This document shows positions 39,801 through 52,040 of a DNA stretch of 64,000 bases, one piece after another; position 1 is the first letter of the stretch, and each line of letters begins with the position of its first letter. This stretch comes from Rhynchobatus australiae (lineage: Eukaryota), in assembly GCA_034780895.1 (NCBI GenBank), contig JAUZTB010000069.1, positions 13,221,812 through 13,285,811 of the forward strand. Reading direction: 5' to 3'. Below the pieces are notes generated by a model. That model searched no databases. It was not told where the DNA came from and was given only the letters and a program-made list of their open reading frames with translations. The translations under genes and the position numbers were made by a program.

Positions 39801-41524
39801 TCTGGACAGCAGTCTCCAACAAAAGGAACAGTCCATATCCAAGGGGTGTCAAATGGCTCACTCTATCCTCCATACAGGGGGAAAAGAAAGAGCCTGTGTG
39901 GTTGTTTCATCATAAAATGCTTGATGTATGATTATAATGTATGACTGTAATGTACGAATGTGTTGACTGTAATGGCTCACATTGCTGCCTGCATTTAGAC
40001 TAGCTATGTATGAATCTAGTTTTCTTGTGCAAGTATTTTCTATAAATACTTTGATTATCAAAATGAACAGTTGGTCAAGAAAAATTGTTATGTTAAATCT
40101 CATGTTCTTTGAACTTCCATTCATTAGCTAAAAATAGGGGATTAAGTCTGATTATATGGAACTATTGGAGGAAGGTGGGTCATGTGATCAAACCTCCCGA
40201 GTACGTCCAACCAGAGTTGGCAATTTTCCTCCTGCTGGTACACTGTTTCATAGTGGTTCTCAAGTGCCATCCAGCTGGCCATTCTGTCGGTGGACCTTGT
40301 ATTGTACAAGCCTGTCAATGATTACGAATCTTGAGGTAGTCCTTTCTTGTTGCCTCTGCAGTCACCTTCATAAGAACCCTGTAGGTTACCTGGCTGAGAT
40401 ATGCTACATGTGTCCTAACATTGAACCAACACTGAGGAATTTTCCTTCATGTTAAGAACGTGAAATGTCAGTGGATCTGCCCCCTCTAGCAATTTAAAGC
40501 TGTTGCCAGAGCAACTAATTTGTTTGGGTCAGTTTTCATTAGTTTCTTTGGTATCCTTTAAAACTTCAAGAAGGTCACTTTTGAAGTTTTCTTTCTGCAG
40601 CATTAACTATTATAGATGTGATGTCAAACTCAATTTGTCCGCAACATCAGGCTTTTAATGGGCTGTCCAGAGAAATATTGTGCCTATATCACCATGGCAA
40701 TGGCCTCTGTACTTTCCTGTAGCTGCCTTGGTGTTCATTAATATTTAGGGCAAGTTAAACTACAGGGGACACTTTTAATTACCCAGAAATCACCTGACTA
40801 AGCCAGCAGGAGAGGTGATGCTGAACACAATTGTTATGAGGCCTTTTTACTGGCCATGCTAGGCTGTCTTTGTTACAATTGCTTCTCTTCTAAACAGGTG
40901 CATCTATTTGTTCAGAGAACAAAAGGTCAGATTGCATCTCTTGTTGTTTACCACACCTGCATTGTTGGAGAGGTTTTTAAACAGTCCTTCATTTGCAGTA
41001 CTCCCAGCTTTCCTGAAAGTTCTAGACCCAGATACCAGTACAATAATCAGCATTGCTGTGATGAGAATGAGACTGTTCACAGTCTTTGCAGACTGTGAAG
41101 GTCTGGAGAAGGATGCAAGATGCCTTGCAATGGTTCATCCCAAGCAGCTGTGGAACAGAGGACTCTGATTTTGGACTAGCATTGTCTTGGTGTGCCATTG
41201 AAAACTTGAGAGATGCATGTAACTTTTTAACCACAGAGTTACTAATCTACCTTAAGCTGACAGTAGGTGTAAGTACTGTTTTGATCTGAGGTTTAGTTTC
41301 CAATCAAGTGTCAGTGCTCAAAAAGAAAACAGCTCTTTCCAAAATGTTCAGAGCATGGGCAGTGAGTGGAAAAACAACTAAGCACAAAAATGTAACTGGG
41401 GCTGCTGGGACCTTGAGGGCCACAGTGTCCCAATATCGGTCCTCATTGTGTCCTAATAACAGGTACCCAGTCTGTCGTGGCAGGGGGGTATCAGCAGACT
41501 TCAAAAGGTAAATAACTGTNNNNG

Positions 41525-41660
41525 TTGCAAATCTGAAACAAAAATGGAACTCATCAAATCAGGCAGCATGTCCAAAGAGCTCATCAACCTGAAATGCTAC
41601 CTCTGCTTCTCTCTCGCAGATACTGCCCAAGCTGCTGTGTTTGTAGCACGTTCTGTTTTT
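41525..41660. mobile_element. Shortened palindromic Penelope-related element just upstream of exon 2
   Basis: Reads aaatctgaaacaaaa...tcaggcagcat...cctgaaatgct...cagatactgcc...ttctgttttt. Confidence 0.6.
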
Positions 41661-41724
41661 AATCACGTGGGCAGACCTGTTGGTTACTCGAGGCACCGTA
41701 CTCATAGGTTAATTTCCTTTACAG

Positions 41725-41835
41725 AGCACAGCGCAGGAGATTGGCGAGGAGACAGAAGATGGTGCCATCTATACGATAACACTGAGGAGGGTGCAGGTGC
41801 ACCATGCAGCAAGCAAAGGACAACGATGGCTTGGG
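41725..41835 (+). CDS. RALGDS: RALGDS coding exon 2 (STAQEIGEETEDGAIYTITLRRVQVHHAASKGQRWLG)
   Basis: Acceptor ttcctttacag, donor GGG|GTAAGC, 111 nt, phase 0/0. Matches the QEIGEE...KGQRWLG motif. The ORF track does not show this exon in its true frame. Confidence 0.95.
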
Positions 41836-42224
41836 GTAAGCAGCAATCCAACCCATCACTCCCAAACTCCCACACCATCAGAAGAGCATGCCTCCCTTTT
41901 CCCCAATTCCCATCAGTACTCAAGGCTTTTCCTAATGCCATTTGAACTAAATGATTTAAGTGATCATTAAGGTTAAAGCTGTGGAAAGAAAAGCAATACA
42001 TTTGCATTTCTATCTCACCTTACGCAACCTCTGGATATCCCATGGCACGCAACTGCAGTTGAAGTAATTTTGAAATTTGGTCAACTGGTGTGGCTCTGTG
42101 CATGGATTTTGTATGTTCATTGAATTATATTGTTCCTGACTTTCTTCCTAGTACTGTGAATTTCTCTTTATGGTCATCTGAGTAGGGAGTTGGGGCTTGA
42201 TATAACATGGAGATTGGCAGCTCT

Positions 42225-42470
42225 GCACCATTGTGGGGTGGGGGACAGAGATACTGCAGCCTCACAGCACCAGGGCCTTGGGTTTGATCATTCCTGTGCT
42301 CACATGTTATCTCCCACGCCAGTGTGTGTTTGCTCCAGTTTATTCCCACATCCTAAGGACATGCAGGTAGATTAATTGATTACTGTAGATTATCCCTTGT
42401 GTAAATTACCAGCAAAAGAATGAAAGATATGTAGGTGGGCACACTTGTGAGTGAATAAAGAGCCCACTAG
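42225..42470 (+). mobile_element. HE1-like V-SINE
   Basis: Reads gcctcacagcaccaggg...tgctccagtttattcccacatcctaaggacatgcaggt. Confidence 0.75.
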
Positions 42471-42482
42471 GNNNNNNNNNNC

Positions 42483-42775
42483 AAGTCCATCTCCAAAGAC
42501 ATGAGCACAAAATCTTACTGATTCTCTGAGGCATAGAAGGAGTGCCCACACTATTGGAGGTACTGTCTTTTCGATGAGAATATACACCTAGGCCCGTTCT
42601 GCTCTCTTTCATAGGCTGCTAACTGGAGCAAAATGAAGGAGTTCTGTCTGTCGTCCTAGCCAATTTTTATCCTCAACCAGCACCTAAAACCTTCATTTGG
42701 ATTATCCGATCATTTGTCTCACTCCTGCATGTGAGATTTCCATATGCTAATTGTTTGATGCATTTCCTACATCAT
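42483..42775 (+). mobile_element. Deu-domain SINE
   Basis: Reads gagcacaaaatct...ggaggtactgtcttttcgatgaga...gccaatttttatcctcaacc. Confidence 0.65.
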
Positions 42776-43630
42776 ATCATTCAACTCCCTTTATTAATAT
42801 TTCCTCTGGACAAATCAACTGCAGTTAACCTGCTGTTGTCACCCTCTCTCAGCTTGCGTCATTCATTCTCTTTTGGTCTCCACCCTGCTACAGACATTCC
42901 TTTTTGTTCTCCACTCCTCTACAATGAAATGTCTATTTTCTATCTTTTTCTCCTTGCAAATTGATCCTTTGCACCAACCTGAATCATTGTCTCAGCTTCT
43001 CTCACCATAGATGCTGCCTGACCTGCTGAACATTTCCCCAATATTATTTCAGATTTCAAGCATCTGCAGGCTTTTTTTACTTTTTGATTACCTAAAATAT
43101 TAACACCATTTCTCCCTCAAAAGACACTCCCTGTTGGCTGGGTGTTTCTAACTGTTTCTATTTTTACGCCTAAATACCTTGCTTTCATGTTCATCTGGTT
43201 ATCATGTTGTTGTGTGTGGTAGTTTGCTGTGCACAACTTGGCTGCCACGTATGCTGCATTACTATAGTGCCTGAACTTCACAGTCACTGATGTGGCTTGA
43301 GACCATCCTTTCTCTTTCCACTGGCCCATTTGAGCTCGGCTCTCTCTAAACAGTTGAACTGTTGTTGGCTGGTGTTACTCAGCCCCTCCCTTGATAATTT
43401 TGCCTGAGTCATCAAGGGAGCTGTATTTAGAGTTTTAATGTTTTATTGTTGCTAATGTGATGCCAAGCAGCAAAGGGTAAGAAGCTTACATTGTCCCAAA
43501 CCATTTCAACAGCAGTGATAACAGAGTGCTCAGTTCCCTTCTTGTGCCAAATGTCCTGTCCACAGTTTAATGCTTCTAACCGTGGCAGCCTTGCAAGCCA
43601 ACGTGACATGCCCCTCCTTCATCTCAACAG

Positions 43631-43824
43631 GTGGAGAGTGAATCTGCCATGAACCTGTACGAAACGTGCAAAGTGCGTACCATCAAGGCCGGGACCCTGG
43701 AGAAACTTGTGGAGTACCTGGTGTCAGCCTTTAAAGGCAATGACTCCACTTATGTCACCATCTTCCTCTGCACTTACCGGGCCTTCGCATCAACCAAACA
43801 AGTATTGGACCTACTGCTCAACAG
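43631..43824 (+). CDS. RALGDS: RALGDS exon 3, REM domain start (VESESAMNLYETCKVRTIKAGTLEKLVEYL...VLDLLLNR)
   Basis: Acceptor ctcaacag, donor AG|GTAACT, 194 nt, phase 0/2. Contains the RasGEF N-terminal motif KAGTLEKLV. Confidence 0.97.
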
Positions 43825-43849
43825 GTAACTGCTGTGATGGGTGAATGGA

Positions 43850-44190
43850 GGCATTGAACAGGCTGAGGTTCTATTCCCTCAAACAGGGAAGGCTGGGGGT
43901 GGTGACCTGATAGAAGCTTTTCAGCTGCATAAAGATTTGATAGGCTTAATGTAAAGGATGTTTTTCTTTGTGAAGAGACCAGACATAGAGGGCCCTAATT
44001 ATGAGAGTCTTTATTCAGAAATTAATAGGAAAACTCTGCTCCCAGGGAGCAGTTTGATGTGGAACTGTTGTGAGGTGTAGCTGAAGCAAATGCTTCAAAT
44101 GCATTGAAGAGAAAGCTAGTTAAATACAAGAGGGAGAAAGAAATAGAAAAGTAAGATGAGGAGATGTGTGGAGCCCCAGTGTGATTAGCC
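43850..44190 (+). mobile_element. CR1 LINE 3' fragment
   Basis: gaacaggctgagg...ggaaggctg...ggtgacctgatagaag corresponds to RL.GDLIE. Confidence 0.7.
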
Positions 44191-44681
44191 CAGCCAAATT
44201 TGTGTGCATGTTTTTGTTTTCACTGACAGATTCCACCAAGCTATCCTTGGTGGCTGCTCTGGCAAAAACTAATGAAAGACTCATTGGCAGGGCGCCCTTT
44301 GGTATCCTTGAAGTGAGGAAGGCTAAATAAGAGCCAGCATTCCCATTGTGATAATCTTAGTAACTCTACTAAAGCTGAAATCTGGCTTCTTGCATGGAGA
44401 ATGGCTATTTGGATGAAGTATTGGATGGTGAAACTGTACCCCAGACTGAGTCTTTTACCCCTTGTCCTAGTCCTGCTGGCCCAGCAGAGACCTTCAACCC
44501 AATCCTGAAACCCCTTAGAATATGCATGATGCATCACCATACTGACCCAGCAGAGAGATGCAGATCAAATCTGAGTCCTTTGGAACGAGAAGCCTCTGTA
44601 CCCAGAATTTAAAGCTCTCAAATCCTTCTCTCTCCCCATAATCTTAACTCACTTTTTTAATCTCCCTCATGTTTCTCACAG

Positions 44682-44753
44682 ATACGGAAACTTGCATCAA
44701 ATGAATGGAGATGTTTCCAAGCTTACAGCAGATGACAGGATGGAATTGAAAAA
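44682..44753 (+). CDS. RALGDS: RALGDS exon 4 (YGNLHQMNGDVSKLTADDRMELK)
   Basis: Acceptor tttctcacag, donor AA|GTAAGA, 72 nt, phase 2/2. Joins R-YG on one side and LK-N on the other in frame. Confidence 0.9.
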
Positions 44754-45725
44754 GTAAGACCTTTTGGTGCCTATTATTGCATTATGAATGATTGATGTCC
44801 AGAATGCTGAGTAAAGTGCTTGCTAAAATATGTTGCCACCTTAAGGCAACACTACTGATCAATTTTGAATTTTTGCCATTTTTTTGTGGGAAGGCCAGTG
44901 CATTGTGGTTCACAACTCCTGGTGCCATGTTTTATTCCTCTGTACAATTGTGCTGTGANNNNNNNNNNNNNNNNNNNNNNNNNNNNNNNNNNNNNNNNNN
45001 NNNNNNNNNNNNNNNNNNNNNNNNNNNNNNNNNNNNNNNNNNNNNNNNNNNNNNNNNNNNNNNNNNNNNNNNNNNNNNNNNNNNNNNNNNNNNNNNNNNN
45101 NNNNNNNNNNNNNNNNNNNNNNNNNNNNNNNNNNNNNNNNNNNNNNNNNNNNNNNNNNNNNNNNNNNNNNNNNNNNNNNNNNNNNNNNNNNNNNNNNNNN
45201 NNNNNNNNNNNNNNNNNNNNNNNNNNNNNNNNNNNNNNNNNNNNNNNNNNNNNNNNNNNNNNNNNNNNNNNNNNNNNNNNNNNNNNNNNNNNNNNNNNNN
45301 NNNNNNNNNNNNNNNNNNNNNNNNNNNNNNNNNNNNNNNNNNNNNNNNNNNNNNNNNNNNNNNNNNNNNNNNNNNNNNNNNNNNNNNNNNNNNNNNNNNN
45401 NNNNNNNNNNNNNNNNNNNNNNNNNNNNNNNNNNNNNNNNNNNNNNNNNNNNNNNNNNNNNNNNNNNNNNNNNNNNNNNNNNNNNNNNNNNNNNNNNNNN
45501 NNNNNNNNNNNNNNNNNNNNNNNNNNNNNNNNNNNNNNNNNNNNNNNNNNNNNNNNNNNNNNNNNNNNNNNNNNNNNNNNNNNNNNNNNNNNNNNNTGCT
45601 GGTCCAGCACTTTACCACACCCTCCCTGGAAATTGGAGCCATGGTACTCTGGCCATTTGTTGTTTGGCAGAAAGCATTGGCCATTCATTACAGGGTGTTT
45701 ACATGTCTTTGTTCTCTCCTTTCAG

Positions 45726-45916
45726 TACCATTTCATCCATTCTTGGAGCCTGGCTCGATCAGTATTCCGAAGATTTCAGGAAGCCACCAGATTATTCCTG
45801 CCTGAAGCATCTCTACGCTTACATTCATCAGATGTTTCCAGGTTCAGATCTGCAACGCCGTGCTCATGTCCTCCTTGGCACATTCCAAAGGCACAAAGAA
45901 CTGGATCTTCAAGATG
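45726..45916 (+). CDS. RALGDS: RALGDS exon 5 (TISSILGAWLDQYSEDFRKPPDYSCLKHL...ELDLQD)
   Basis: Acceptor ctcctttcag, donor G|GTAGGT, 191 nt, phase 2/1. Contains the conserved WLDQYSEDF. Confidence 0.96.
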
Positions 45917-46139
45917 GTAGGTTCTTGTAGTACTGTGCCCTCCATGCCCAGCCCACCACATCACCCCTGAGTCTTCACCCTTTCTAGAGAAAGCTGTCAC
46001 AGCTTGTCCAATTTCTCTGGATAATTATAGCTTCTCTTCTACTATTTCTTACTGGCAGTGAAATATAAGATAGCTGCTAGCAACCCCCACCACCCACCCT
46101 CACGAGGCAGCCTCACAAGGATAAATAGGATTAACTGGG

Positions 46140-46297
46140 AGGAGATGCTGTGGTGCTACAGGATGCGTTGCTACTCACAGTTTCAGCAATCCTGGTTTGA
46201 TCCTTGCCTCTGGTGCTGACTGTGGAGTTTGCATGTTCTCCCTGTGGGTTTCTTCCCTCATATAGAAATTTCCTGGTTGGTAGATAAATTAACTACC
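46140..46297 (+). mobile_element. HE1-like V-SINE (runs into gap)
   Basis: Reads ctggtttgatcctt...tgtggagtttgcatgttctccctgtgggtttc. Confidence 0.75.
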
Positions 46298-46786
46298 NNN
46301 NNNNNNNNNNNNNNNNNNNNNNNNNNNNNNNNNNNNNNNNNNNNNNNNNNNNNNNNNNNNNNNNNNNNNNNNNNNNNNNNNNNNNNNNNNNNNNNNNNNN
46401 NNNNNNNNNNNNNNNNNNNNNNNNNNNNNNNNNNNNNNNNNNNNNNNNNNNNNNNNNNNNNNNNNNNNNNNNNNNNNNNNNNNNNNNNNNNNNNNNNNNN
46501 NNNNNNNNNNNNNNNNNNNNNNNNNNNNNNNNNNNNNNNNNNNNNNNNNNNNNNNNNNNNNNNNNNNNNNNNNNNNNNNNNNCTGTGATTCCAGTGATAT
46601 ACTGCAATGTGTTTGAACATAATGTATCCATGTGGTTTGTAGCAGCAATTGATTGTGGCATAGTCTGTTTCTATCTCATTTGCTTGTAGTAGTTTCTAAA
46701 AGTGTGAATAACTGCAACTCGTGTTTATGTAGTGCTTTTAACCTCCCAAGAATGGTATCAAACCAATTGCACTGAACAAGATGTAA

Positions 46787-46952
46787 TAAAAGTAGAAAAT
46801 GCTGGAGATACTCAGCAGATCAGGCAGCATTTGTGGAGAGAGGTACAGTGTTAATGTTTCTCATTGATCTTTCATCAGAATCGATGAAAGGTCTTCGACC
46901 TTTATGTCCACAGATGCTGCCTGACCTGTAGGGAATCTCCAAGATTTTCTGT
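46787..46952. mobile_element. Palindromic Penelope-related element
   Basis: cagatcaggcagcatttgtgga pairs with tccacagatgctgcctgacctg. The centre ctttcatc-agaatc-gatgaaag holds two back-to-back hammerhead-like cores. Confidence 0.8.
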
Positions 46953-47200
46953 AGATATTTATGAAGATTTTAAAGCTGCAGAGGAGATTTGTTTTCAAGG
47001 AGTGTTTTAATGGAGGAGAAATAGGGAGAGACAGAAAGGATTGGGGAGTGAATTCTGGAGCTGGGCAGCTGAAGGCATAGCTGCCAGTGGTGGAGTGATT
47101 AGAAGAACAAGAGACAGTTTAAGACCTAATGTGTAATCCCAGATCTGACTGAGTTGGAGATAACTTTGATTGTTGATTACATCCGGTTGTGTGTTTACAG

Positions 47201-47316
47201 CAGCTGATCACTGCACTTTCACGATGGTCGAGGAGAACGGGTTTGAAGAGCCAAAGCCTGACTTCCTCTCCTTTCTCGCCAATGTGGTGGCTGAACAGTT
47301 CACCTTAATGGATGCG
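47201..47316 (+). CDS. RALGDS: RALGDS exon 6 (ADHCTFTMVEENGFEEPKPDFLSFLANVVAEQFTLMDA)
   Basis: Acceptor gtttacag (tandem CAGCAG), donor GCG|GTGAGT, 116 nt, phase 1/0. VAEQFTLMDA marks the start of the CDC25 domain. Confidence 0.95.
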
Positions 47317-47851
47317 GTGAGTGGAGCATGAGACTTGTCACTTAAGTGTGAAAGCACATAAATGATTTAGTGATGAGAAGTCAGCCCCATTTCCTTCCTG
47401 TGCACTTAGGGGAATTGTTGGTCTGAATTGTAGTTTCATTATAGTGCACAGCCTTTCTATCTTTTAGATTAAAAATTGTTAATTTTCCACAGAGGCAACT
47501 TCCCCAGTACTGTTGCTGAATGAATATTTTCACTCTGTATTTAAGCAGGCAGAAGGGATGCAAAGATTGAATATCTTACAACCTTGGGCTCCCCAAGTCG
47601 GGTTAGTTCAGGGGTCACACTTAGTTGTAGGGCCCTACTGGGCTTCCCAGTTTAGGGGGTGATATGCAAAGCCTCATTCATGCCAAGTGCATCAGGTTCT
47701 GNNNNNNNNNNNNNNNNNNNNNNNNNNNNNNNNNNNNNNNNNNNNNNNNNNNNNNNNNNNNNNNNNNNNNNNNNNNNNNNNNNNNNNNNNNNNNNNNNNN
47801 NNNNNNNNNNCTGTTTTCCAGAGGTGATAAGATTATATTTCTTTTCTTCAG

Positions 47852-48067
47852 GAGTTGTTCAAGAAAGTAGTTCCATATCACTGCCTGGGAAGTATCTGGT
47901 CCCAGAGGGATAAGAAGGGGAAGGAACATGTAGCACCAACAATACGTGCTACCGTCACACAGTTTAACAGGGTTACAAACTGTGTCATTGCAACCTGTTT
48001 GAGTGACAAGACCCTGAAGCCTCAACAGAGAGCCAAGATCATAGAACGATGGATTGAGGTGGCCAGG
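47852..48067 (+). CDS. RALGDS: RALGDS exon 7 (ELFKKVVPYHCLGSIWSQRDKKGKEHVAPTIRATVTQFN...WIEVAR)
   Basis: Acceptor ttttcttcag, donor AGG|GTAAGT, 216 nt, phase 0/0. Nearly identical to the RALGDS RasGEF segment. Confidence 0.98.
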
Positions 48068-48831
48068 GTAAGTAAGTAAGTTATACAGGTGTATTGAGTA
48101 ACATTCCCTTTAGGACCTGAGGCCTAGTGTATCACTAGGATTATATCAAAAAGGTATTTGTGACCATTCCACGTGGTGGAATCCCAGTCTAAGAGGGGTC
48201 AGTGAACAATTTCTGGACAAGTCACTGCATCCCCTATGGTCTGTTATCCATAAAAGTCTAAAGCTTGAGTTGCCAACTCTGGTTGGGTATGTTCTTAGAG
48301 CCTCAATCCTTCCTGTGTCCAGTGCCCCCCCCCCCCCNNNNNNNNNNNNNNNNNNNNNNNNNNNNNNNNNNNNNNNNNNNNNNNNNNNNNNNNNNNNNNN
48401 NNNNNNNNNNNNNNNNNNNNNNNNNNNNNNNNNNNNNCACCATTCACATGCCATTTCCACTTTTCCATTGACTTTCCCTTGTAATAAACACTGACTCTCC
48501 AAGTGAATGGATAAAGGGCTGACATGCCCTGGTGGTTTGTTGACTCCAACAGGAGTTGAATACGTTTCCTTTCTGAGCAGTTGGAATGGAGAGCTACAAT
48601 AGGATCTTGTGAAAACATAAGAGAAGGGTTGGAAATCTGTGGCCCTCAGTCACTAGAGATGCTGATGCAGATGAAGCCAAATTTTTGAAGCAGAATATAA
48701 TACACAACTGTTACTAATCATGTATGCTCAGAACAGTTGGCTGACGGCTGAATTCTACCTTTGAGAGTTCTGAGTCTTAAAAATTATTGCCTTTATAAAC
48801 TATCTTCAATCCTTCTTTCCCTTTACCATAG

Positions 48832-48935
48832 GAGTGCAGAATCTTCAAGAATTTCTCCTCACTACGAGCCATCCTCTCTGCTTTACAATGCAACTCTGTC
48901 CACAGACTCAAGAAAAGCTGGGATGAGGTATCAAG
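48832..48935 (+). CDS. RALGDS: RALGDS exon 8 ([34 protein letters not shown])
   Basis: Acceptor ctttaccatag, donor AG|GTAGGA, 104 nt, phase 0/2. Contains the RasGEF signature NFSS..AI.SAL.....RLKK.W. Confidence 0.97.
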
Positions 48936-49129
48936 GTAGGATCAGGATAAAGTTTATATTTTAATTTCTTTATTTAGTTAGTCAATTTGGGATAAAGGGT
49001 GCTAATTCCTCCTTGGATGTGGATTCAATGTGGATTGACGAAACCTCATCTGTAGTTTTATTACCTCTAAACTTAATTCTTCTAGTTGATTTTCCATCTT
49101 TCCTCTCCACAGATGCGTGGTCAGAACTC

Positions 49130-49590
49130 TCACTGCCCATATCCAACTCCCAGTCATTCAGCATTCATTTTCACAGGTTGACATTGATTTTCGGACTGAC
49201 AATGAATCCATATAAAAGTCCTAATCTTTATTTTTAAATCCCTCCATGGTATCCCCACACCATAACCATCTCCAGCCCAAGGTGTCAAAATGTTTGTGCT
49301 CCTCCAATTCTGACCTCTTGATCAGCCTGATTTTTAACCACTTCCCCATTCTGGGGCATTTCCTCAGTTGATTAGCAGCTTAGCTCTCAAATTCCCTCCT
49401 AAACCTCTCTACTTCTCTCTCTCTCTCTCTCATCATTTCAGGTGCTCATTAAATCTACCACACTGACCAAGTTGTTCATCATTTGTCCCAATAGTTCTTA
49501 ATAAGCATTAATTTCATGTTTGTAGGGTTCATATGAAGTGCCTTGAGATGTTTCATTACTGTAAAAGCTTCCCTACGAATGACAGTTGTC
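49130..49590 (+). mobile_element. L2-like LINE 3' fragment
   Basis: Reads ttttaaatccctccatgg...tcctccaattctgacctcttg...aattccctcctaaacctct...tgaagtgccttgagatgttt. Similar tails occur at 5000-5180, 27560-27810, 36480-36665 and 52130-52370. Confidence 0.6.
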
Positions 49591-50671
49591 ATATGTGTGG
49601 TTGAGTTATCTTCCCTCCATTACTTAACCAATTTGCCATCCTTGGTGTGTGACTTTAAACCCTGAGTTTTGGCAGTCTATTTCCTTATAAAGCTTCATAG
49701 CTAGGCCTCGGCCCAAATTAATAATAACTTCTTCCACCAACCCAGGGACATTATTCTGCCTCTTTGTTTCCCCTCAGCAAACCCAATAGTCACCAGAAAA
49801 TGAATGAGACATTCCAATCTAGTGCCAACTAGGCACTATCTTTAGAAATTAACCCATCTTGAACTTTGGCATTTGGCTTATTTTGACCACTCTTCCTCAG
49901 AAAGGATGGATAAAGAGCTTCTTTATGTTTAATTATACATGCATACACTATGATTGAACAGCCTACCACCTATTCATTTTAAAGCACGTTATTTGAGAGC
50001 AGTAAAGAAATCTATTTAGATTTTGACCATCCTGAATCCAGACAGCACTGAGGTCAGTTCTAATGTCCTGATACGTGTTTGTGGTGTGGCCAGTATTGTG
50101 GCTTATTCCCACGCTTTTTGACAAAACCCTACCGTTCAAGGGTTGGTATATTTTCAGGGGGGGGGGTTATTTCTTACAATTAGATACATATCATTAAAAT
50201 TTGGAAACTAGTAGACTCACCAGTAAATTTAAATTCATTGATCTGAAAACAGGCATTTCTGTGTTTCATGGAAGCCAGATGCCAAACCAATGGGCAGGAA
50301 TCTGTGAAGGTTCATTGTGTTGTATGCTATTCAGTACAGTAAGGGTTGTAAATGCACCTTCCACTGTGCCAATTTCCAGCTGTGCTTGATGTAAACTTAG
50401 ATATTGTCCTCTGCTTGGTTCTCAATAGCACACAATCCATGTACTTAGCAAGTTCATTGTAAGCAAGACCCTGCAGATTAGGCTTCCTGGAATTGTGCAC
50501 AGGTCAACTCTAGCTTCAAGTTTTAGTTTCCCATGTTCTGCCTGAAATCGGAACTTGGCGCTCTGATTTAAGGTAGTTGTTCAATGTGCTATAGTTATTG
50601 GTTTTCCTGTGAATATCAAATAGGATTGCATTAGCATTCTAATTTTTATGCCCTTGGTTGGAATCTTGCAG

Positions 50672-50756
50672 AGAGAACATTCGGATATTCCAAGAACTGT
50701 CTGAAATCTTCTCAGATGACAATAACCACTCCCTGAGCCGCGAGTTGCTCATTAAG
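50672..50756 (+). CDS. RALGDS: RALGDS exon 9 (ENIRIFQELSEIFSDDNNHSLSRELLIK)
   Basis: Acceptor atcttgcag, donor AAG|GTAAGT, 85 nt, phase 2/0. Confidence 0.97.
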
Positions 50757-51847
50757 GTAAGTGTTTGCTGTTACTTTAAGAAACTTAAGGGTTTCCTTTC
50801 CTCCTTTTGGCAGGGTCCAATGGCCCAGTCATGCTTTTCTCAAGTGTGATCCCAGATGAATGAGAGGTCACTGCCTGGACTTGACCACTATCCACATTCT
50901 TTCACCTCCCAGCAAGGCTGGACAGAGATCGGACATGGTAATCCTAACCAAACTGCTCTACTCCCCAACCCAGGGGTAATGAGATCAGTTAAGGCATCCT
51001 CGTCAACCTTCAACTAATTCAGCTAATGCACCATGCATTGAATCAGGAGTCTTCTGGTACATCAGCGCCTTTAATTCTACACCATCAGCTGTCCACTTAG
51101 AGTTCTGTATTGTTGTCAGCTGTTGTGTTTGGGGATTGTTAACACGGAACACTTAAAGAGAAGTATATACAAGTGAGCTTTATAAAGTGAAGGCTTCTGA
51201 GTTGATGGTTGTTTAAAACACAAATGATCCTGGCTAAAAGGACTTCCCTCAAGGACTCTCAACAGCAAGTCATTTATAATTGTGCCTTGGTAATCCATAC
51301 CTGCTGACACCTACTGGGCAGGGGTTCTGGGCCCTGTTGGGTTATGAATAGCAAGAAGCAAAACAAGCAGAGGTTTTAAATACTGAATGATGCAAGGAAA
51401 CCTAGGTGTAAGAATGTTGGCTAATCATCTTGGGATCTTTCTGGGTTCCAGCAGTGGTCTCTGGTAATGTATGAAACTGTGCACCCAGCCTCGGTGTGCA
51501 GCCTCAGCTGCTGCCGCCAGTGAGAGCCTGTGACCTGACTGATCTCACAGTCATTTCCCTGGAAAAGTTCCCAGTATGCAGAAAAAAAATAGGGAGTAAC
51601 TGGATATATTCTGTTTAAATCAGGCAAAACATTGTGGATATGTCCTGTATTTGTTATTTTATGTTGTTCTACCAGTGAATCTGCTCATGAGTCCATGTCC
51701 CTGTGCTGTGATGTACAGCAGTTTATCGATTCAAATTGAGCTCCGTCTCTGTAGATGTTTGCTCTCGCCATCCTCGGAGATTGAAGAACCATCCGTACAA
51801 AAGATATGAATATCCAATTTAGATCACAATTTGTTAAGATAAAACAT

Positions 51848-52040
51848 CAGATGCTGGAAATCAGAAATGAAAACAAATAATGCTGGAAACACTCAGCAGG
51901 TCAGGCAACATCTGTGGGAAGAGAAACAATTAACATTTCAGGTCAGTTTTGATGAAGAGTCTCAGACCTGAAACATTGACTCTGTTTCTCTTCCCACAAA
52001 TGCTGCCAAACCCACAGTGCTTTCAGCAATCTGTTTTTAT
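51848..52040. mobile_element. Palindromic Penelope-related element with a degenerate hammerhead motif (51944-51981)
   Basis: ggcaacatctgtgggaagagaaaca..taacatttcaggtc pairs with gacctgaaacattga..tgtttctcttcccacaaatgctgcc. The motif reads cagtt-ttgatga-agagtctcagacct-gaaa-catt-gact. Confidence 0.8.
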
